Origin: Octopus sinensis
Taxonomy: Eukaryota
NCBI RefSeq assembly: GCF_006345805.1
Contig: NC_043002.1
Coordinates: 102,052,001-102,116,000, forward strand
Reading direction: 5' to 3'
Length of the DNA stretch: 64,000 nt
Below the pieces are notes generated by a model, which saw nothing but the letters and a program-made list of their open reading frames with translations, did not search any database and was not told the DNA's origin. Position numbers and translations under genes: made by a program. Of the stretch, positions 39,511-53,692 are shown piece after piece (the first letter of the stretch is position 1; every line of letters begins with the position of its first letter).

Positions 39511-39934
39511 ACAACACTTGATAGATTCACTTAAAATATGTTATTTGACTAGACTTTCATGTGTGTAAATTTGCACCAGAAATATTTATAGCCTTTATAT
39601 ATATATATCGGATGCCATCATTTATCTCTGTATATTTTTTCCCTCCTTTTTTCGGTTTTCGGTTGTTCTTATCTAATAATGGCAGATCCAGATGTTCGTT
39701 TGTTCGTAACATTTATGAAATATATTTATATTTTTTAGTCGGATTTACGGAGTTAATTACATTAATCATCTAATCAAATAATTAGCGTGTTGAACCATAA
39801 AAACAAAGTGTATCTGGATGTTTCGATTCTGTTATAGTGATAGGGTAGTAAACAGGAAATTATTCTTTAAGCTGTTTCCCATATAATACACATTTTATTG
39901 ATGTAGGCTATCTAACTATACGTATTCACCGTAC

Positions 39935-39977
<43 letters not shown>

Positions 39978-40079
39978 CTGTGTGTGTGCGTGCAAGTGTT
40001 TTACATACATACATATGCGTATATACATATACGTGTACATATTATAAGTTCCAAGTTTTGGCACACAGCCAGTAAGTGT

Positions 40080-40232
40080 TAGGGAGTGATTAAGTCGGTT
40101 ATATCGACCCCAGTGCTCGAGACATATTTAACTGAAACCGAAATGGTGAAAGGCAAAGTAGACTTCGGTGGAATTTGAACACAGAACGCGCAGAGACGGG
40201 TGAAATGCAGATAAACTTTTGCCCAGCATTCT
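40080..40232 (-). mobile_element. SINE family C remnant
   Basis: gtcggttatatcgaccccagtgc...aaaggcaaagtagacttcggtggaatttgaacacagaacg is the reverse complement of the 43327 unit. Confidence 0.75.
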
Positions 40233-41479
40233 GTGAAAATTAACATTTCCTTCTCCAAGCCTAGATTCGAAACCGAATTTTCGGTCGTCCAAACCACAAC
40301 GATCAACAGGTGCGAAAAAAGGTTTTCTTTATTCCTGTCAAAAAGTGATTGTTCATCTCCCTTTGACCTACGACCTCAGCAATGTCAGGTGAAGTTCAAA
40401 TGGACAGCAGCTGACCTATTTAGGTATAAACTTTGCTGCAGTATGTCTGTCTTTCTAGTTGCCCCGATTATTATAAATTCGGTGGCCAACAGACGGACAT
40501 GAGTGGAGAAAGGCCTAGCAGGAAAATGAGAAAGGTCTAGGATCACAGGTTTTGATTAACCGTAGAGACCCGAGAGAAATGTTCGAAGTTCCACGGTAGA
40601 CTACTGATCTCAAATGAACTACGCACACGCACACAAACATATTCATTTCTGGCACATCACTTCCACAGATGTAACCTGTTTCTAATTTTAGCAACTCGTA
40701 GCAGTGTCGACATATGCATGTAGTCAAGAATTATGTGTACCAACGACAAATTAAGACCAGCGAATAAATTATTTTCAATTATGAATGGATTCACTCATTT
40801 GTTTACTTCATTGGCTTACACATTCCTTTTGTTCACCAAGATACACACACATAACCACTACAATTCTGACTATTCTGCCAGCTCTCCGCCTTTATCTATA
40901 TAAATATAAATGTGTGGAAATGAATTTGGAAAATAGACGCAGGCGTATAGACAAACAGTGACGTCTAATAAATATGCATTACATGTAGGCAAAGTGTGAG
41001 TTGGCACGGGATACATTTAAATGTTGAGAAGATATATAGACATAATTGTGTGTGCATTTACAGACACTACTTAAAATATATCGGTGCCTCTATACAAGAC
41101 ATTTTACACGGAAAGAATAGGAAGCTGCGAAATCGTATACTATTGTGTGAATTATCGAACTTTAAGTGTCATAGTCTTCAACATCTACGATATACTTCGC
41201 TAATTCTACGATGAATAAACAAATTGCACGCATCTTCAAAATCATCCTCAACACACACACACAAACGTATGAATATTTATTCAAATCTAACATAACGGAG
41301 ACACAAATATACGTTTATTTATTTACGAACACACACATACATAGACTACATGCACATACATATATATATATATATCACCCAGTATAATGCATATATGTAT
41401 AATAAATATATATATAAATGATTTTATATTTTAGAATGGCGGGAATCTTGTCAACACATCTTTAGTTTCTTGATTTATA

Positions 41480-41483
41480 TTTT

Positions 41484-41538
<55 letters not shown>

Positions 41539-41564
41539 GTCTGTCTGTTTGTTTGTCTGCCTGT

Positions 41565-41597
<33 letters not shown>

Positions 41598-41634
41598 TGT
41601 CTGTCTGTCTGTCTGTCTGCCTGTCTGCCTGCCT

Positions 41635-41665
<31 letters not shown>

Positions 41666-41773
41666 CGTCCGTCCGTCCATCCGTCCGTCCATTCCATCCA
41701 TTTATCTATCTATATATCTATATATATATATCTGTATGTCTGTATGTCCATCCTTCCGTCTATCTGTCTATCC

Positions 41774-41831
<58 letters not shown>

Positions 41832-41878
41832 TATCTGTCCATCCTTCCCTCTGTCTGTCCATCCATCTATCCATCTAT

Positions 41879-41923
<45 letters not shown>

Positions 41924-41972
41924 AACGTACAACACACACATGCACACACACACTCACACACACACACACACA
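41480..41972. repeat. Graded tetranucleotide array (ATCT)>(GTCT)>(GCCT)>(GTCC)>(ATCC)>(ATCT)
   Basis: Visible directly in the sequence. Confidence 0.95.
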
Positions 41973-42224
41973 GCTTGACGTTCGCAAATTTTGGTGCTTC
42001 TGCTAAAGAGAATTCCGCCGGTCGGATGGGCATAACCTTGCTCAATAAGGCTAGAGCTAATAAAATTTCGCTGGTCTCATAATGCCACTAAGCAGCTCTT
42101 CTCATCTGGTCACCTTTTCCCTTCCTATTGACCATTATATTTTAGAAGCTCATGCTCAGCTACTAGCCACGACCATCCCTTGCATCGGGCCTCCAGAATC
42201 TTCTCCCCACCCATATATTTCCAG

Positions 42225-42296
42225 CAGATATCAATCTCCAACATTTTGTGAATATTAGATATGCCTATCTCGCCAATCGTAGAGAACCTGCGAACC
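42225..42296 (+). CDS. Candidate 72-nt phase 1-1 exon
   Basis: Acceptor ccatatatttccag (NAGNAG cagcag), consensus donor gtaagt. Open frame (x)DINLQHFVNIRYAYLANRREPAN. Confidence 0.35.
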
Positions 42297-43326
42297 GTAA
42301 GTGGTACATCTACTTATTCCACACCAAACCAATACCCAAATAAACTAATAAGGTATAATTAAATAATTCCTCGACAAGTACCTTCTGTGTCTTTAAGTCT
42401 TTATAGCATTCTTTCATTAATTTTCACTTTTTTTTATCCTTCTATGTATTGAATCGTTCACAAATAAAATATAGAAAGGCAAACAGGTGAAGAAAGAGAC
42501 AGAGTGCCACAGATATAGAGCTACAGAGAAGAAAGGGAGAAGGAGAGATACAAGGAAAAGAGTAAGACACAAAAATAGTTATGAAACGGAAAGGAGAAAT
42601 TTGAAAATAAGATGCCGAAGGAGAGAATCAAAAGCAATCCAATGCTTGTTGAACGACTGGGCTTGCAGATTAAAACTAAAGCCAGCTTGCGTTCGCATCA
42701 TCAGCAAGTCGGTACACAATTATAGTTGTGCTATTTATCTGATATTTTCAAACATCAGAAGTACTTCACTTGTTTCTCGAAAATCGGTCAGCAATGTGGT
42801 TGAATTTAGAGATTCAGAAAAGATTTACTCATAGAGTAGAGTTTGATTATTGAAGAGAAACTGAGAACCCACTCTCTCACCCTTAACTAAACGGCTTGTT
42901 GCTATTCTTGTCTAGAAGAGTAAAATACCACTTATTCATGCGTGTGAATATATAACGATAGCAATATCATCAGTTATATTTAATGGTCACCAGCATTCTG
43001 TATAAAACACGTAACGAGTAATGAATTCCAGTATTCCTTCGGGTCTAACGTTGCTAGGTTCACTCCTGATCTCATTCATCTTAAGATTAGACATGGTACG
43101 AGATTAGTTCAGTGAAGTTGCTGTGTAACAGAGATCCGATGTTACCTAAGCGTTGAAAATCAAACTGATTGGAACTTTACTCAGTTTTAATTTGTGGATA
43201 TATTTCACTACTCATATCGCAATCTTGCCGCTAGCAAAACAGTGACAATGAGAAAGTTTGCTAGATTTACTACTAACAAATGTAATACTCTCTTGCAGAT
43301 GTTCTTTCCAAAATGATACAACCAAA

Positions 43327-44090
43327 GGCGGTGAGCTGGCAGAAACGTTAGCACGCCGGGCGAAATGCGTAGCCGTATTTTGTCTGCCGTTACGTTCTGA
43401 GTTCAAATTCCGCCGAGGTCGACTTTGCCTTTCATCCTTTCGGGGTCGATATATTAAGTACCAGTTATGCACTGGGGTCGATATAATCGACTTAATCCGT
43501 TTGTCTGTCCTTGTTCGTCCCCTCTGTGTTTAGCCCATTGTGGGTAGTAAAGAAATAGGTATTTCGTCTGCCGCTACGTTCTGAGTTCGAATTCCGCCGA
43601 GGTCGACTTTGCCTTTCATCCTTTCGGGGTCGATAAATTAAGTACCAGTTACGCACTGGTGTCGATATAATCGACTTAATCCCTTTGTCTGTCCTTGCTT
43701 GTCCTCTCTGTGTTTATCCTCTTGTGGGTGGTATATAAATAGGTATTTCGTCTGCCGCTACATTCTGAGTTCAAATTTCGCCGAGGTCAAATTTGCCTTT
43801 CATCCTTTCGGGATCGATTAAATAAGTACCAGTTACGCGCTGGGGTCGATCTATCTAACTGGAACCCTCCCTCAAAATTTCAGGCCTTGTGCCTAGAGTA
43901 GAAAAGAATCATTTGCACACCGCACAAAATGCTTAGCAGCACATCGTCCGTCTTTACGTTCTGTGTTCAGTTTGACCTGGCCCTTCTTCCTTCCAAGTTC
44001 AATAAAATTAATTAGCAGTTAAGTCCTGAAATTGATCTTATAGACTTCCTCCCTTCCCCGAAATTGCTGCTCTTCTGCCAGAATTTGAAA
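43327..44090 (+). mobile_element. SINE family C tandem array: three ~184-bp units plus a degenerate fourth
   Basis: Head ggcggtgagctggcagaa. Units tattt(t/c)gtctgccg...gagttc(a/g)aatt...gaggtcgactttgcctttcatcctttcgggg start at 43376, 43560 and 43744. Confidence 0.9.
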
Positions 44091-46039
44091 CTTGTATAAC
44101 GTAGGAAATAAACAATCGTCATTGAGAAAATAGAATAATATTCTCTATTTATTATTTCTATACATTCCTGAATATGAACGTTTGATCAGTCGAGTATTGT
44201 CCGTAGAAAACAATGACAAAGTGAACTATGAATGTAAATAGACAAAAAGAAAAAAACGTATTTTCCACCAACTGATTCCAAACAATGTTTAGTGGAAGTG
44301 AGTACCTTTTTTTAACAAAGCATGCGTAATATCTCGTATATTTCAAAAAAGTCGGGAGAAAGTTTGGCAGAATCAACCTCACTGAGGAAAAGAAAAAGAA
44401 TATCTTCAAAGCCGGGCCGAAAATTAACATGCTAATAGTAGATTGCTATATTTTGTTATGTTATTCAAACTAGATTACTTATTCTATGATGTAATTATCC
44501 TTTGTGACACCTGCCGAGAAAAGAGCAACACGAAACATTAGTGTTTATAAATAATACAAATAAATGCACCTTAGTTTGTCTCGCTTATTGATATATAATA
44601 TATACGCAATTTCACTTTTTCCATATGACTCGTCTTACAACTGTATACCAGCGTTAATTGTGCACTCATTTTATGTTTTATAACAGGTATGTGTGTGTGT
44701 GTGTTAAGTAAGAAGAGAATCTTAATGGAAGGTGCAAATGTACAATAAGTGATCGAACAAACCCGAGAGCTAAACTCTGACGTAAATTCCAGGGATACAG
44801 GATCCATCGAAATAAGAGTTATAGGTAAAGTAGGGGTCGAGTTGATTGTGGAATAACGACATAATACAAAGCGACAGCCGTAAGTTGTCAAGTCATTTAT
44901 ATTTTATTTATATTGAAAGGAAAACAAAAAAATAAATAAATATAAGCGATTCAGCACCGACGGGTAAAAATACAAGAAATTGATATAATAATAATATCGC
45001 TGACGAAACATAAGAGGATTCGAGAGGCCCTGGTTATTCATTTGAGCTGGATAAGTAAAACCCGGGAAGAATAAACCGCAGAACTCCGCTAAAATATATA
45101 TTGGTGCCCCGGTTACGTCTTAGCGTCAATTTTGTATTTGCTTCATCGAAGCGCCAAATTCCTACTGACTATTATAACACATACACTATCACAAGAATAA
45201 TAGAACTACCCGATCAATCATTAATAGGAATGTCTTGTCTGTGCGGCGTTGCTCCTACGATCTGCTAAAGAAAGAATCGATGGCAATCTTAGAAAATTCT
45301 TATTTTCTTAATAACATAAGTAACAGTGTGGTTTTACCATTGTTCAATATTTCCTGACAAAGATCTGCCTACCTCTTGCTTAGTGGGGTCTCTAGTTTCT
45401 TTAAGTTTACGCTTATCTCTTTCTACTTCCAGGCCTTTGATTATATGCGTTAGTGTCTTTTAAAAATATTAAATTTATCCTTTGAATTACTCTTAAGCTG
45501 CTCGCACCACTGTGACGTCACATCCTTCTTCATTTAATTTTTCTATTTAACTTGTTGCTCTCCTCCAATATTTGACCATATTGAGCCATTTGCTACTATA
45601 CATATACTATCACGATACTCGCCAAAGTTACTTAGTACGAAAGGAAAATCTTTCCTTCTCTTTCAACCTATGTTTATTTATTTATTTATTTTAATGTCTA
45701 ACTCTGCTTAACTCTCACCCTGATTACTTATCTAGATCGATCGCCCATTATATCAACACTGTGGTGACCTCATGACAGTTATGACATATTTTTCACTCCT
45801 GTCCCTAATTTCTCTTACATTTCCACCCCTTTCCAGAAATTAAGATTACACAACTCCTGCGTTTCCCTTCCTTATTCTCATTCTCAACCCCACTTGCTCC
45901 CCCACTTTTCATCTTTCTATTCTCTTCCACACCTTTTTTCTTTCTTTCTTTACCTTTTATGCCCATCGCACTCTATCTCTTTTTTCATATCCTTTCCAAC
46001 CATCTACCGCATATCAAATCAATATGTTTTTTTTGCATA

Positions 46040-46082
46040 ACTTAGAAGGCATTCATTATTGTTGCTGTTGTTATTATTATTA

Positions 46083-46141
<59 letters not shown>

Positions 46142-46372
46142 GAGTGAGAGAGCAGTGCATGCCATCAAAGTGACACTGGGGTAAAATATACGAAGCCCAA
46201 TATACCCATCATGACTACCCGTCTGATAAGGGTACACCAGGGACATGCATCACAACCATATGTGCGCGACATGGTGATCTCATATCAAGATAAACAGCAC
46301 ATGATCTTGCAGGTGGGGCCTAGTTAGAATTTGCTTCAGGTTGAGTAGCCCATCCCGCTCAAAAGGTCCCTG

Positions 46373-46415
<43 letters not shown>

Positions 46416-46420
46416 TCAAT
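46040..46420 (-). mobile_element. Retroelement 3' fragment with (TAA)n tail, embedded in TAA/TTA microsatellite
   Basis: 46140-46372 is the reverse complement of about 50543-50778 (ttcagggaccttttgagcgg...gcatgcactgctctctcactcaataataa). Confidence 0.7.
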
Positions 46421-47889
46421 TTTGTTGTTGCTCCCCTGCGTCATACGAACTGAAGTAAGTCTAACCCAGACGCCTCAACTTGGACGACTTACTGTGGGAG
46501 TTTTTTTTACGATTAGCATTGTGAAACTGAAGGAAGATGAGATTAAATCATGTGTATTAAGATTCCGGTAGATTTATGTTTTCGGTTTCGGAAGACTTTT
46601 AACCCATTATGCCCATAATGACACTGTTTTCCTCTGGAACAATTCGTTTTTCTGATAGTTATAGGTTCCTAGTATTTGGCCATAGTACTTAAGATCGCCA
46701 TTTGCTAATGTTCCCCATTCTCTGTTGACCACAGTTACAGCTCTTTATTATTGTTGTTGTTCTTATTTTTATTAGTATTAATCGTCGTCGTCGTCGTCGT
46801 CGTAGTAGTAGTAGTAGTAGTAGTAGTAGCCTCTTGCATGAATGTTGTTACTCCTGGCAAAATAATATTTTATCATTGAGCCTGCACTAAATAATTTTGA
46901 GTTAGTTATGCACCATTTTAGAGGGGAGAAAGAGAGAGAGAGAGAGAAATAGAGAGATAGAGACATTATGGGGAGAGAAAGAGAGATATAGGAAGAAGAG
47001 AGTGAAGGAAAAACGAGAGAGAGCGGGAAAGAAAGAGAAAGAAAAACATCACATTTAGTTCAACCTGAAGGCTTTATAGAAGATTTATAGAATGTTATAC
47101 TATAAGTGAATAAATTCTATCTGCAGCAAAATGTAGGGCCAGTTTGATAGCAGCCAACGGCTCAGTTGATAATGGTGTGTTTTCACTATGTTTATTCTCT
47201 GCTAAACAAAAGTGGATTGCGTCAATATTTCTGCAATATTTCATCAAAGTTGTGTAAATTGAATATCGATGTTACAGAAACTGAACAGGGTGTTGTGAAT
47301 TGTTGAATACATAAGTGGCAGGCGAGCACTGGCTTAAAGCGCCAGTAAATTCAATAACAACGACGACAACAGCATCACTAACAGCAACAACATCAGCAAA
47401 GACAAATGAAAAAAAAGAAAACAATAAAATTATAATAACAATATTTTTAAGGATAATGATAGTGGCAAAAGCAAAAACACCTACAACATTATTTGGCGTA
47501 GTAATAGTATTAGTAGCGGTGGTGAGAATACTTTTTTTTCTCTCTTTTAATGCTGCCAGGTTCTATTCATACATAATTATAGTGTATATGCTGTTTCTCT
47601 CAAGAGCGAGCAACGAGGTATGCCACAATGGAACAGAAAATATATGTATTTTATTTTATCACGTTTGTGGTCATTTAAAATATGCTATACGCACGTATAT
47701 ATTTACACACATATATACATACATATATACATATATGCACGGATAAATGCTTTCATACACATGATAAATAATGGTTGCGTCGTGTTTGGCAGGAAAAGTA
47801 GACGTACTCAATACTCAGTTTAGAGTATAGTTGTGTGTATTCGAGTGAGCATTATGTCGTGAAGCTATTTTACTTAGCCTGTTGTTAAG

Positions 47890-48135
47890 GTTGTGATGAC
47901 GACGACGATGATGATGATGATGATGGTAATGATGGTGGTGATTCCAACGATGAGTCCGATTAGGGATTTCTTTAATATTGCTGATGTTACTACTGTTGTT
48001 GTCGTTGATGATGATGATGATGATGACGATGATACTAATCAGGATCACGACCATGATGCTGATGTTGGTGTAGTGAGGGGATAATGTTGGAGTTGTTTTA
48101 TGTAGATAATCGATGACGTTGATGACGATATCGAT
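47890..48135. repeat. (GAT)n/(GTT)n imperfect microsatellite
   Basis: Visible directly in the sequence. Confidence 0.85.
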
Positions 48136-48869
48136 GATGATGGCGTAGTGGGTGTGGTTATTGTAGTGACGCTGTAAAAGATGTAAAATGATAAAATCGG
48201 TGATGCGGAAGATGACGGAAATAATGATAGTAGTTTTCGCGATTATATATGAAGAGAATGCGCACAATAATCTCCACGTTTTTATGTAATGAAATACTGA
48301 CATTCCTAACATGTAGCCCACATGTAGATATCTAAAATACACAAAACGTATACAACTTAGGTTCATATATGACGGGTCTAATGAAAAGCGAAGCTGTTGA
48401 CGTCAGAGAAGAATCCTTATATAACATATTCAGAGTATGAAAATCTACTCTCATGCAATTTTCCTCTCGAGCCGCAACAGTTTAATGCAACGCACCAAAG
48501 ATATAATTTCATTGGGTCTTCGGAATAAATGAGACGATATTTTATGCCTCCTATATTCAGTAACAGTTTGATTTATTGTTGAACATCCAACAAATATGGA
48601 GAGCATAAAAAATATAGTTATAGTTGAGTAACCGCAAAGATGATGTTGTGAAAGTTATCTGAATATTTAAAACGAGTTACCTGTGTCGTGAGGATTCGCG
48701 TCGGGTATCAAAACAGCAACATCATGGCTGTTGCTGTTGCTGTGGACACTTTAAAGGCTGTTGTAAGACCTGATATGGACAGGTGCAACGCAGACTACGA
48801 ATCTGTTGCTACCAGCAAGGGTCACACTAGGCGTTCTGACTGCGACCGCACACCGAAGTTTCTCCTCAG

Positions 48870-49259
48870 ATCGTTGAGTAAGCCTTAAGTCAAATTCAGA
48901 TGGCTATGTGAAGCTGCTGGAGATCGTGTTGAATCATTGACTGGTGGCGATTGCTACTGCAATGCCATATATGCAGCAGCCATTATTCACGAGTGCATTA
49001 GAAATGGTTGTCAGAGAATTTCTACGACTACATCAGCCTCGATTTCTGACCTTCTACTTCCTTGATCATAATTACTATGTGTGGGGCACGGTTGAGTAAG
49101 GCACTAAGAGCTCTGCCTGCAACACCAAGGCTGAACTGGTGGCCAAAATGAAAGAGGAGTTTAAAAAATCTTCTGAAGGACACCGGTAGGAATGCAAGCG
49201 CCAGATTTCGGAGCTATCACGAGGACATAGTAGTAGCTGAGTGCGGCTACAGTGAGTAA
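48870..49259 (+). mobile_element. Tc1/mariner-superfamily (maT/DD37D-like) transposase C-terminal remnant
   Basis: SDGYVKLLE..., W.SENFYDY.SP.F, YYVWGTVE, SACNTKAELVAKMKEEF match the catalytic-domain end of maT-type transposases, with stops and frameshifts. Confidence 0.75.
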
Positions 49260-49845
49260 AATGCTATACTCCAGCCATACTCCAGGTTGCTATATTTTGA
49301 TTTTTTTTAACATACATTAATTTTCAGATGGGATATTATGTTCTCTTTTCTTTTATGGAAACTGTCAAATTTAGCCTCCCCCCCCCCAGCATATAACAAT
49401 AATGTAAGGAGACAATAGCGTTGATATAATGACTAACAGTCTCCGAACCATTTCTGCAGATTAAAGGAGATAAATCCGTGCGTGTTTCAGTATTATTATA
49501 CAATATCAGCAAAGTGTAGTTTTGAGCGGAATTCCTCAGGTAGCAGTAAGGATGTCACTAAAGAGCGGTGAAAAATTATGTCTAAAATGACATTTTGAAT
49601 ATTAAAATATGTTTATTTGTTAGATATATCAATACCATAAACGTCATCATAATTTATTCACAGCACGAACATTTTTATTAATCAACATATAATGTCACGC
49701 TCATGTATATAATCCAACTTTTTTTTCTGATTTAAAAATATCTTCTCATCCAAACACAAAGGCGCGTGACCAACTTGGTAGACTGCTGCCGTAAAAACAG
49801 TAAAACCGCTGTTTCGATTCTCGGGCCGAGTAATGCGTTGTAATA

Positions 49846-49878
49846 TTGGGTTGGCAACTAAGTTCCCGTTGTTTTTTT
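49846..49878 (+). mobile_element. Isolated mariner-type TIR fragment
   Basis: TA followed by ttgggttggcaactaagttcccg. Confidence 0.45.
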
Positions 49879-50209
49879 TTAAATTTTGGAATTTATTGCG
49901 GTTTTAAATTTTGGAATATATTTTTTTCGGGAATTCTATTTTTGAATCATTTTGGAATATTTTTTAATTATTTTTTTCTAGTTAATTTTAGTTAATTTTT
50001 TTTTAATTTTCATATTATTTAAATGGAATGCCAAGTTAAGAAAAGCGAGCATTTTTGATACCCCCCTTGGTTTTGCTTTTAATCAAAGTTCTAAGGCCGG
50101 AGAATATCCCTTAAAGTTTCTTCCGAATTCAGCCAGCGGTTCTTGAAATTTTTGTCCGCGAACAAAGAAACACGATTGAAAAAATACCTCTGACCTAGCG
50201 AAGACGGAG

Positions 50210-50245
<36 letters not shown>

Positions 50246-50299
50246 TAGTACCACGCACTCGTTCTCATGGATTATCATCTTAACTGATTGGAAGTGTTC

Positions 50300-50776
50300 T
50301 CATCTATATGTTTGGTCTTGTTGTAAAAGGTGGTCTACAGCAAATATTCTGCTCAACATTATAGATTTGCTTAACAATTGTTTGAACTTAACCAGTTGGG
50401 CATATTCCTTGGTGGCTGACAATAATATCTGCATCTCTGAATACGAGCAGAAGTAGTAATGGAACATCGTAGCAATATGTTGAAAGGAAGAATTTCTCCC
50501 TGGAAACATGCATGTTTCCTTCAACAATCTCAAATAATCCTTATTCAGGGACCTTTTGAGCGGAATGGGCTATTCAACATAAAGAAAATTCTAACTGGGC
50601 ACCCTCTGCAAGGTCATACGCTTGTTTCTCTTGATATCAGTTCATCATGTCTCGCACGTATGGTTGTAATTCATATACCTGGTGTAACCTTATGAGACTG
50701 GTAGTCATGTTGGGTATACTGGGCTTCGTAATTTTACCCTAGTGCCACTTTGATGGCATGCACTGCTCTCTCACTC

Positions 50777-50815
<39 letters not shown>
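50300..50815 (+). mobile_element. Longer copy of the (TAA)n-tailed retroelement 3' end
   Basis: Homologous to 46140-46372 and ends in ctctctcactc(aat)n. Confidence 0.65.
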
Positions 50816-50817
<2 letters not shown>

Positions 50818-50926
50818 TGGCACTCTTTTTTGTTGCTTCTGTATGCTAACTGGAGGAGTTACCTCAGTCCTATAAAATACTACTACCGTTGCTGCTACTA
50901 CTGCTGCTGCTACTACTACTACTACT

Positions 50927-50973
<47 letters not shown>

Positions 50974-51105
50974 ATAATAATAATAATAATAATAATATTT
51001 TTCAGTAATTGTTGTTTCGATAAAAAGACAGATAAAATTTTGCCTCTTATGATACTTCACAGAGTGTCCTCATCAGTTTCCTGGGTGACGCAATCTCAAT
51101 CCATT

Positions 51106-51136
<31 letters not shown>

Positions 51137-51483
51137 CTTTCGTTCACTCTAATCGACTACATCACGCCAGTAATATCAGATCCGCAGGCATCATTATGTA
51201 CACCTTGCTTCTAACCGTAATCTACTTAATGCACATTAGTATATTTAAACCAATCTAGCGATCAGTGGCATCATTGTAAGTAACATGAGCAGGTAGCAGT
51301 TGGCTTTTCATGCAATCACCTCACCAGGTATTATCAAATTATATAATCAGAGTATGGAAGACCAACGTCGTTATCGTTGTTGCTTTTCACGTTGTCGTGT
51401 ATCGGTTGACAGAATCATTAGAGCGTCAAAGTGATCTGTTCAATTCCAGCCGAAATCAAGTTGGTTCTGTGTTCGATAAAATA

Positions 51484-52195
51484 CAGGGTGTCCATAAAGT
51501 CTGGGTACATGGGCTAAATAAAATCATAACATAAACAATTAATATAAGAAATAATATTTTTCCTTTTTTACTTTTGTTTAAACTAAGTAAAAAAAAATAT
51601 ATACTTTTCTGAACTTATGTTATTTTTTCTACCCACATCGAATGATGGCACTGTCTAGAGAAGAAAGAATCCCAGATCGAATGATGGCTCTGTCTAAAGA
51701 AGAAAGAATCGAGTTAGTACTCTTAAGTGGACGAGAGGGATGGTCTTATCGCAAAACTGCGGAAGAATTTAATCTTCGACACCCAAATTGATCAAGAAGT
51801 TTAAAGAAACAGGTAGTGTTTTGGATAAACCTCGTTTCGGGCGACCAAAGACTTCAGATGAAACGAAAGAGGCTGTCATGGCCAAGGTTTCTGCTAGCCC
51901 AAAGAAATCACTTCGTCGGATATCCAGGTGTTCCAAAATCAACCATCTACAAAATCCTGGTTGAAGAAAAGTTTCATCCATACAAACTACAGATACTGCA
52001 TTACTTAAATGGAGATGACCCTGATAGACGAATGCAGATATGCGAATGGTTTTTTTTATAAATTGGATGAAAATATCAATTTTATTAAAAACTTTGGATT
52101 GTTCAGTGATGAAGCTACGTTTTATGTAAATGGTGAATTCAATAGACAGAATCTTCGATACTGGTCTCGAGGTAATCCACAATGCTCATCAAAAT
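51484..52195 (+). mobile_element. Tc1/Tc3-like element: left TIR and 5' half of the transposase
   Basis: TA/CAGGGTGTCCATAAAGTC TIR. MALSKEERIELV...KFKETGSVLDKPRFGRPKTS...FHPYKLQILHYL..DD.DRRMQ.CEW...FSDEATFYVNG..NRQNLRYWS, with frameshifts. Confidence 0.9.
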
Positions 52196-52204
52196 GTGCT
52201 CATT

Positions 52205-52760
52205 AAAAGTTTCTTAATGTTGGGCGCGCAAATGAAGGATGCCGCATTAAACAAACGATCGTATTTGTGTGACTGGATTCTTTGCCTCCCTGTCTAAGGA
52301 ATATTCTTCCCACGAATGTTTCAACATTGGGAAAGGTTGGTATTGAAAACCAAACAACATTACGGTGGTGCTTCCTTTTACTGGCGACAAAATCCGGTAT
52401 ACAGGAGATGCAGTCCTTAAATTCACTGGAAACCAAAAGCCCCGTAGTAATAAGGAGCCGCTGCTTTGAAAGTCTCTTGACTTCCCTATATTTCTGAATA
52501 TGATAAGTGGATAGTAGGAGGCTGTGTTCATGTAGGACAGTCTCTCGTTTGGTTTGCCGAAGTGCCTATGAGAACAGGAGCTCAGGTCTAACATAAAGTT
52601 AAAAAATTTACTATGGTGAGATTGGTCTCGATTGATATCTCAAGTCTCATGCAGCTAAGAGTACTAAATAGGTCCTTCGTAAGCCTATCAAATGTATGAC
52701 CGTTGCCTCCACTAGAGATGGCCAGAGTGTCATCTCTGTAGAGACAAAAAAAAGGATTGA
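52205..52760 (-). mobile_element. Penelope-like element RT/thumb fragment
   Basis: YRDDTLAISS.GNGHTFDRLTKDL...LEISIETNLTIVNFL (YRDD motif), GKPNERLSYMNTAS and RKHHRNVVWF.IPTFPNVETFVGRIFL are typical of PLE ORFs. Confidence 0.8.
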
Positions 52761-52766
52761 AAAAGT

Positions 52767-52797
<31 letters not shown>

Positions 52798-53319
52798 TAA
52801 TAATAATAATAATAATATGAAAAGGTGAGAAACGTGTTGAGGAATGAAGAGGTGTAGGAGTAGAATGAACATGGTTCTTTTAAACATGACGGTGAAAGGG
52901 TGTCAAGTTGGAATATGATAAATCCTTCGTTCCGCTACTTTTTGATTATATATCCGTGTGGTGAGAGAGTGGAAGACGATTTATAGAGACGCATAGAGAC
53001 GACAATAGCAGAGCATTGGCACGATCAGTGTCCTCAGGCCGGTGTAGTGCATGGTTCTCAACTGATCGTGGGTTCCCCCCGATTCAGGAAGAATTATATC
53101 GAGGTTCAAAATCCGAACCAATAGTGTTCTGCAGCCGAAGGTCAAGGGATTGAGAGTAAGGTATCGCAGATTGATTGTTGAGCATGAGATGAGAGGGATT
53201 GGAGGTTTGTAGAACGGTAGGTATTGTTTACGGTTATATATATGTATATATACATACGTACACACACTCACACACATACACAAATACACACACATTCACA
53301 CACAAACACACACACACAT

Positions 53320-53490
53320 ATATGTGGGTAAACATTGGGCTTACACAGTGTCCGCTTCTGAAATTCATCCCAAGCCATTGGTTGACCTGGGGCTATGGAA
53401 GAAGGCACGTTGCCTAGGTACCGCACAGTGAGATTGAACTTGTTACCACATGGTTTTAAAACGTATCTCATAACTGCGGAGGCATCTATT
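53320..53490 (-). mobile_element. SINE family A 5' fragment (degenerate)
   Basis: ttggttgacctggggctat.gaagaaggcac.ttgcc...accacatgg matches the family A head region. Confidence 0.55.
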
Positions 53491-53491
53491 T

Positions 53492-53533
<42 letters not shown>

Positions 53534-53617
53534 TTCTAGATACCCTGAGGCAAAGAAGAGAACTTTCAGACTCTGTGCTTATGCGAGATTAATGCTTTTT
53601 CTTGTTGTTGTTACTGC

Positions 53618-53692
<75 letters not shown>

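Noticed and set aside
43327-43900. CRISPR-like regular repeats
   Set aside because: The 184-bp units are wholly repeated with no unique spacers, derive from a SINE, and there are no cas genes in this eukaryotic context.
46140-46372. HDV-like ribozyme or SIDE 5' end at ttcagggacc
   Set aside because: The copy at 50300-50815 extends further 5', so this point is a truncation rather than the element's start, and no HDV fold could be drawn.
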